Positions 63,225 to 64,000 of a stretch of DNA of 64,000 bases are shown here, piece by piece; position 1 is the stretch's first letter, and every line of letters starts with the position of its first letter. The stretch comes from Mobula hypostoma. Taxonomy: Eukaryota. Under the pieces are notes generated by a model. That model searched no databases. It was not told the DNA's origin and was given only the letters and a program-made list of their open reading frames with translations. The position numbers and the translations under genes were made by a program. The stretch covers positions 96,102,001 through 96,166,000 of the forward strand of contig NC_086108.1 in assembly GCF_963921235.1 (NCBI RefSeq), in the 5' to 3' direction.

Positions 63225-64000
63225 GTGCTCCGATAAAGATCTTGGTCCCTTGGGGAAAGTAACGAATAAGTATACCAAATTTATTTTGAATTCCATGGAG
63301 CATGTGGGAACCTTCCAATACCCAGGCGGTTCTTCTTTTTTTTTCCTTCTTTTCTTTTTTAGGTAGGACTTTATATGGGGGGGGGGAGGGTAGATATTAT
63401 CTTTTCATGTATTCTTTTTGAAAATTCAATAAAAATTATATTTTAAAAAAAACAGTGCGTAACAGGAGATGAAGAAAGATGGAGCTGACTCATATCGTTT
63501 CCTTGCGGCCTGGTAGCACATGCTTTGCAGCCCGGTACCGGTCCGCCGCTCGGTTGTTGGGGACTGCTGGCGTAGGGAGCAATCCCTGCGGAAAGCAGAA
63601 AGGGCAGTGGGGAGGGAAAGATGTGCTTAGTGGTGGGATCCTGTTGGAGGTGGCAGAAGTTACGGAGAATTATATGTTGGACCCAGAGGCTGGTGGGGTG
63701 GTAGGTGAGGACAAAGGAAACCCTATTCCTAGTGGGGTGGTGGGAGGATGGGGTGAGAGCAGATGTGCGTGAAATGGGAGAGATGCGTTTGAGAGCAGAG
63801 TTGATGGTGGAGGAAGGGAAGCCCCTTTCTCTAAAAAAGGAGGACATCTCCTTCATCCTGGAATGAAAAGCCTCATCCTTGGGGGAAAATGTGCAGCTTT
63901 CAATGGTCCTCGACTAATTCTTTGACTTGGAGAGAACATTGTTGGAAAAACATTATAAGATACTTCAAGACCCCATATCAGGAAAAATATAAAGATACAA

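Larger units (their letters stand above)
57706..63450 (+). mobile_element. Full-length L1-clade LINE (~5.75 kb), sense to TGFBR3
   Basis: G-rich 5' end, ORF1, ~450-nt spacer with (TA)n, ORF2, AATAAA at 63428-63433, short A tail; 16-bp TSD AACAGTATGTGACAGG (57690-57705) / AACAGTGCGTAACAGG (63451-63466). Confidence 0.95.
56902..63569. mobile_element. Non-autonomous hAT (Charlie-type) element inserted in the Penelope ORF
   Basis: TIRs CAGGGGTCCCCAAC / GTTGGGGACTGCTG; 8-bp TSD ACATAGGG (56894-56901) / GCGTAGGG (63570-63577), whose two differences are consistent with CpG decay; right end homologous to 41695-41813. Confidence 0.88.
55968..63879 (-). mobile_element. Penelope-like retroelement, 5'-truncated (RT-thumb/linker, GIY-YIG endonuclease, 3' UTR), split by nested insertions 56902-63569
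   Basis: GIY-YIG IYCVRCSRCSILYIGKTRRRLGDRFAEH..NIDFSNFR (56426-56719); CxxxxC linker TYPCKRNKCYT; upstream part FRERGFP..FVLTYHP..IILRNF at 63580-63856. Confidence 0.9.

Noticed and set aside
1..64000. CRISPR arrays, prokaryotic defence systems, tRNA/rRNA genes
   Set aside because: The sequence is vertebrate and intron-rich; no regularly spaced repeat-spacer arrays or structural RNA genes were seen.

Overview
Repeat-rich vertebrate genomic DNA, not prokaryotic. The repeat mix (CR1-type LINEs, V-SINEs, Rex1/Babar, Penelope-like elements, hAT/Charlie, fish-type L1) suggests a cartilaginous fish, probably a ray; this is inference. The only host gene I can support is the 5' part of TGFBR3 (betaglycan) on the + strand. 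It has a CpG-rich promoter and non-coding exon 1 (~20.8-21.33 kb), a signal-peptide exon (CDS 28674-28734) and the first ectodomain exon (55064-55284). That exon appears to end at a non-canonical GC donor and carries a 12-aa extension from an internal duplication. The rest is mostly transposon debris. It includes a near-complete CR1 with an SGNH-esterase ORF1, a decayed Charlie-type hAT transposon, and a nested cluster in intron 3 (Penelope > hAT MITE > full-length L1, plus an inner TIR element). There is also a ~325-nt pure pyrimidine (CTCTCC)n tract. The most notable non-coding signal is a family of Penelope-derived short elements carrying a minimal type I hammerhead ribozyme motif; several are fold-back insertions that invert at or next to the motif. 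All coordinates and alignments were read by eye, no search was run, and repeat boundaries without target-site duplications (TSDs) are approximate.
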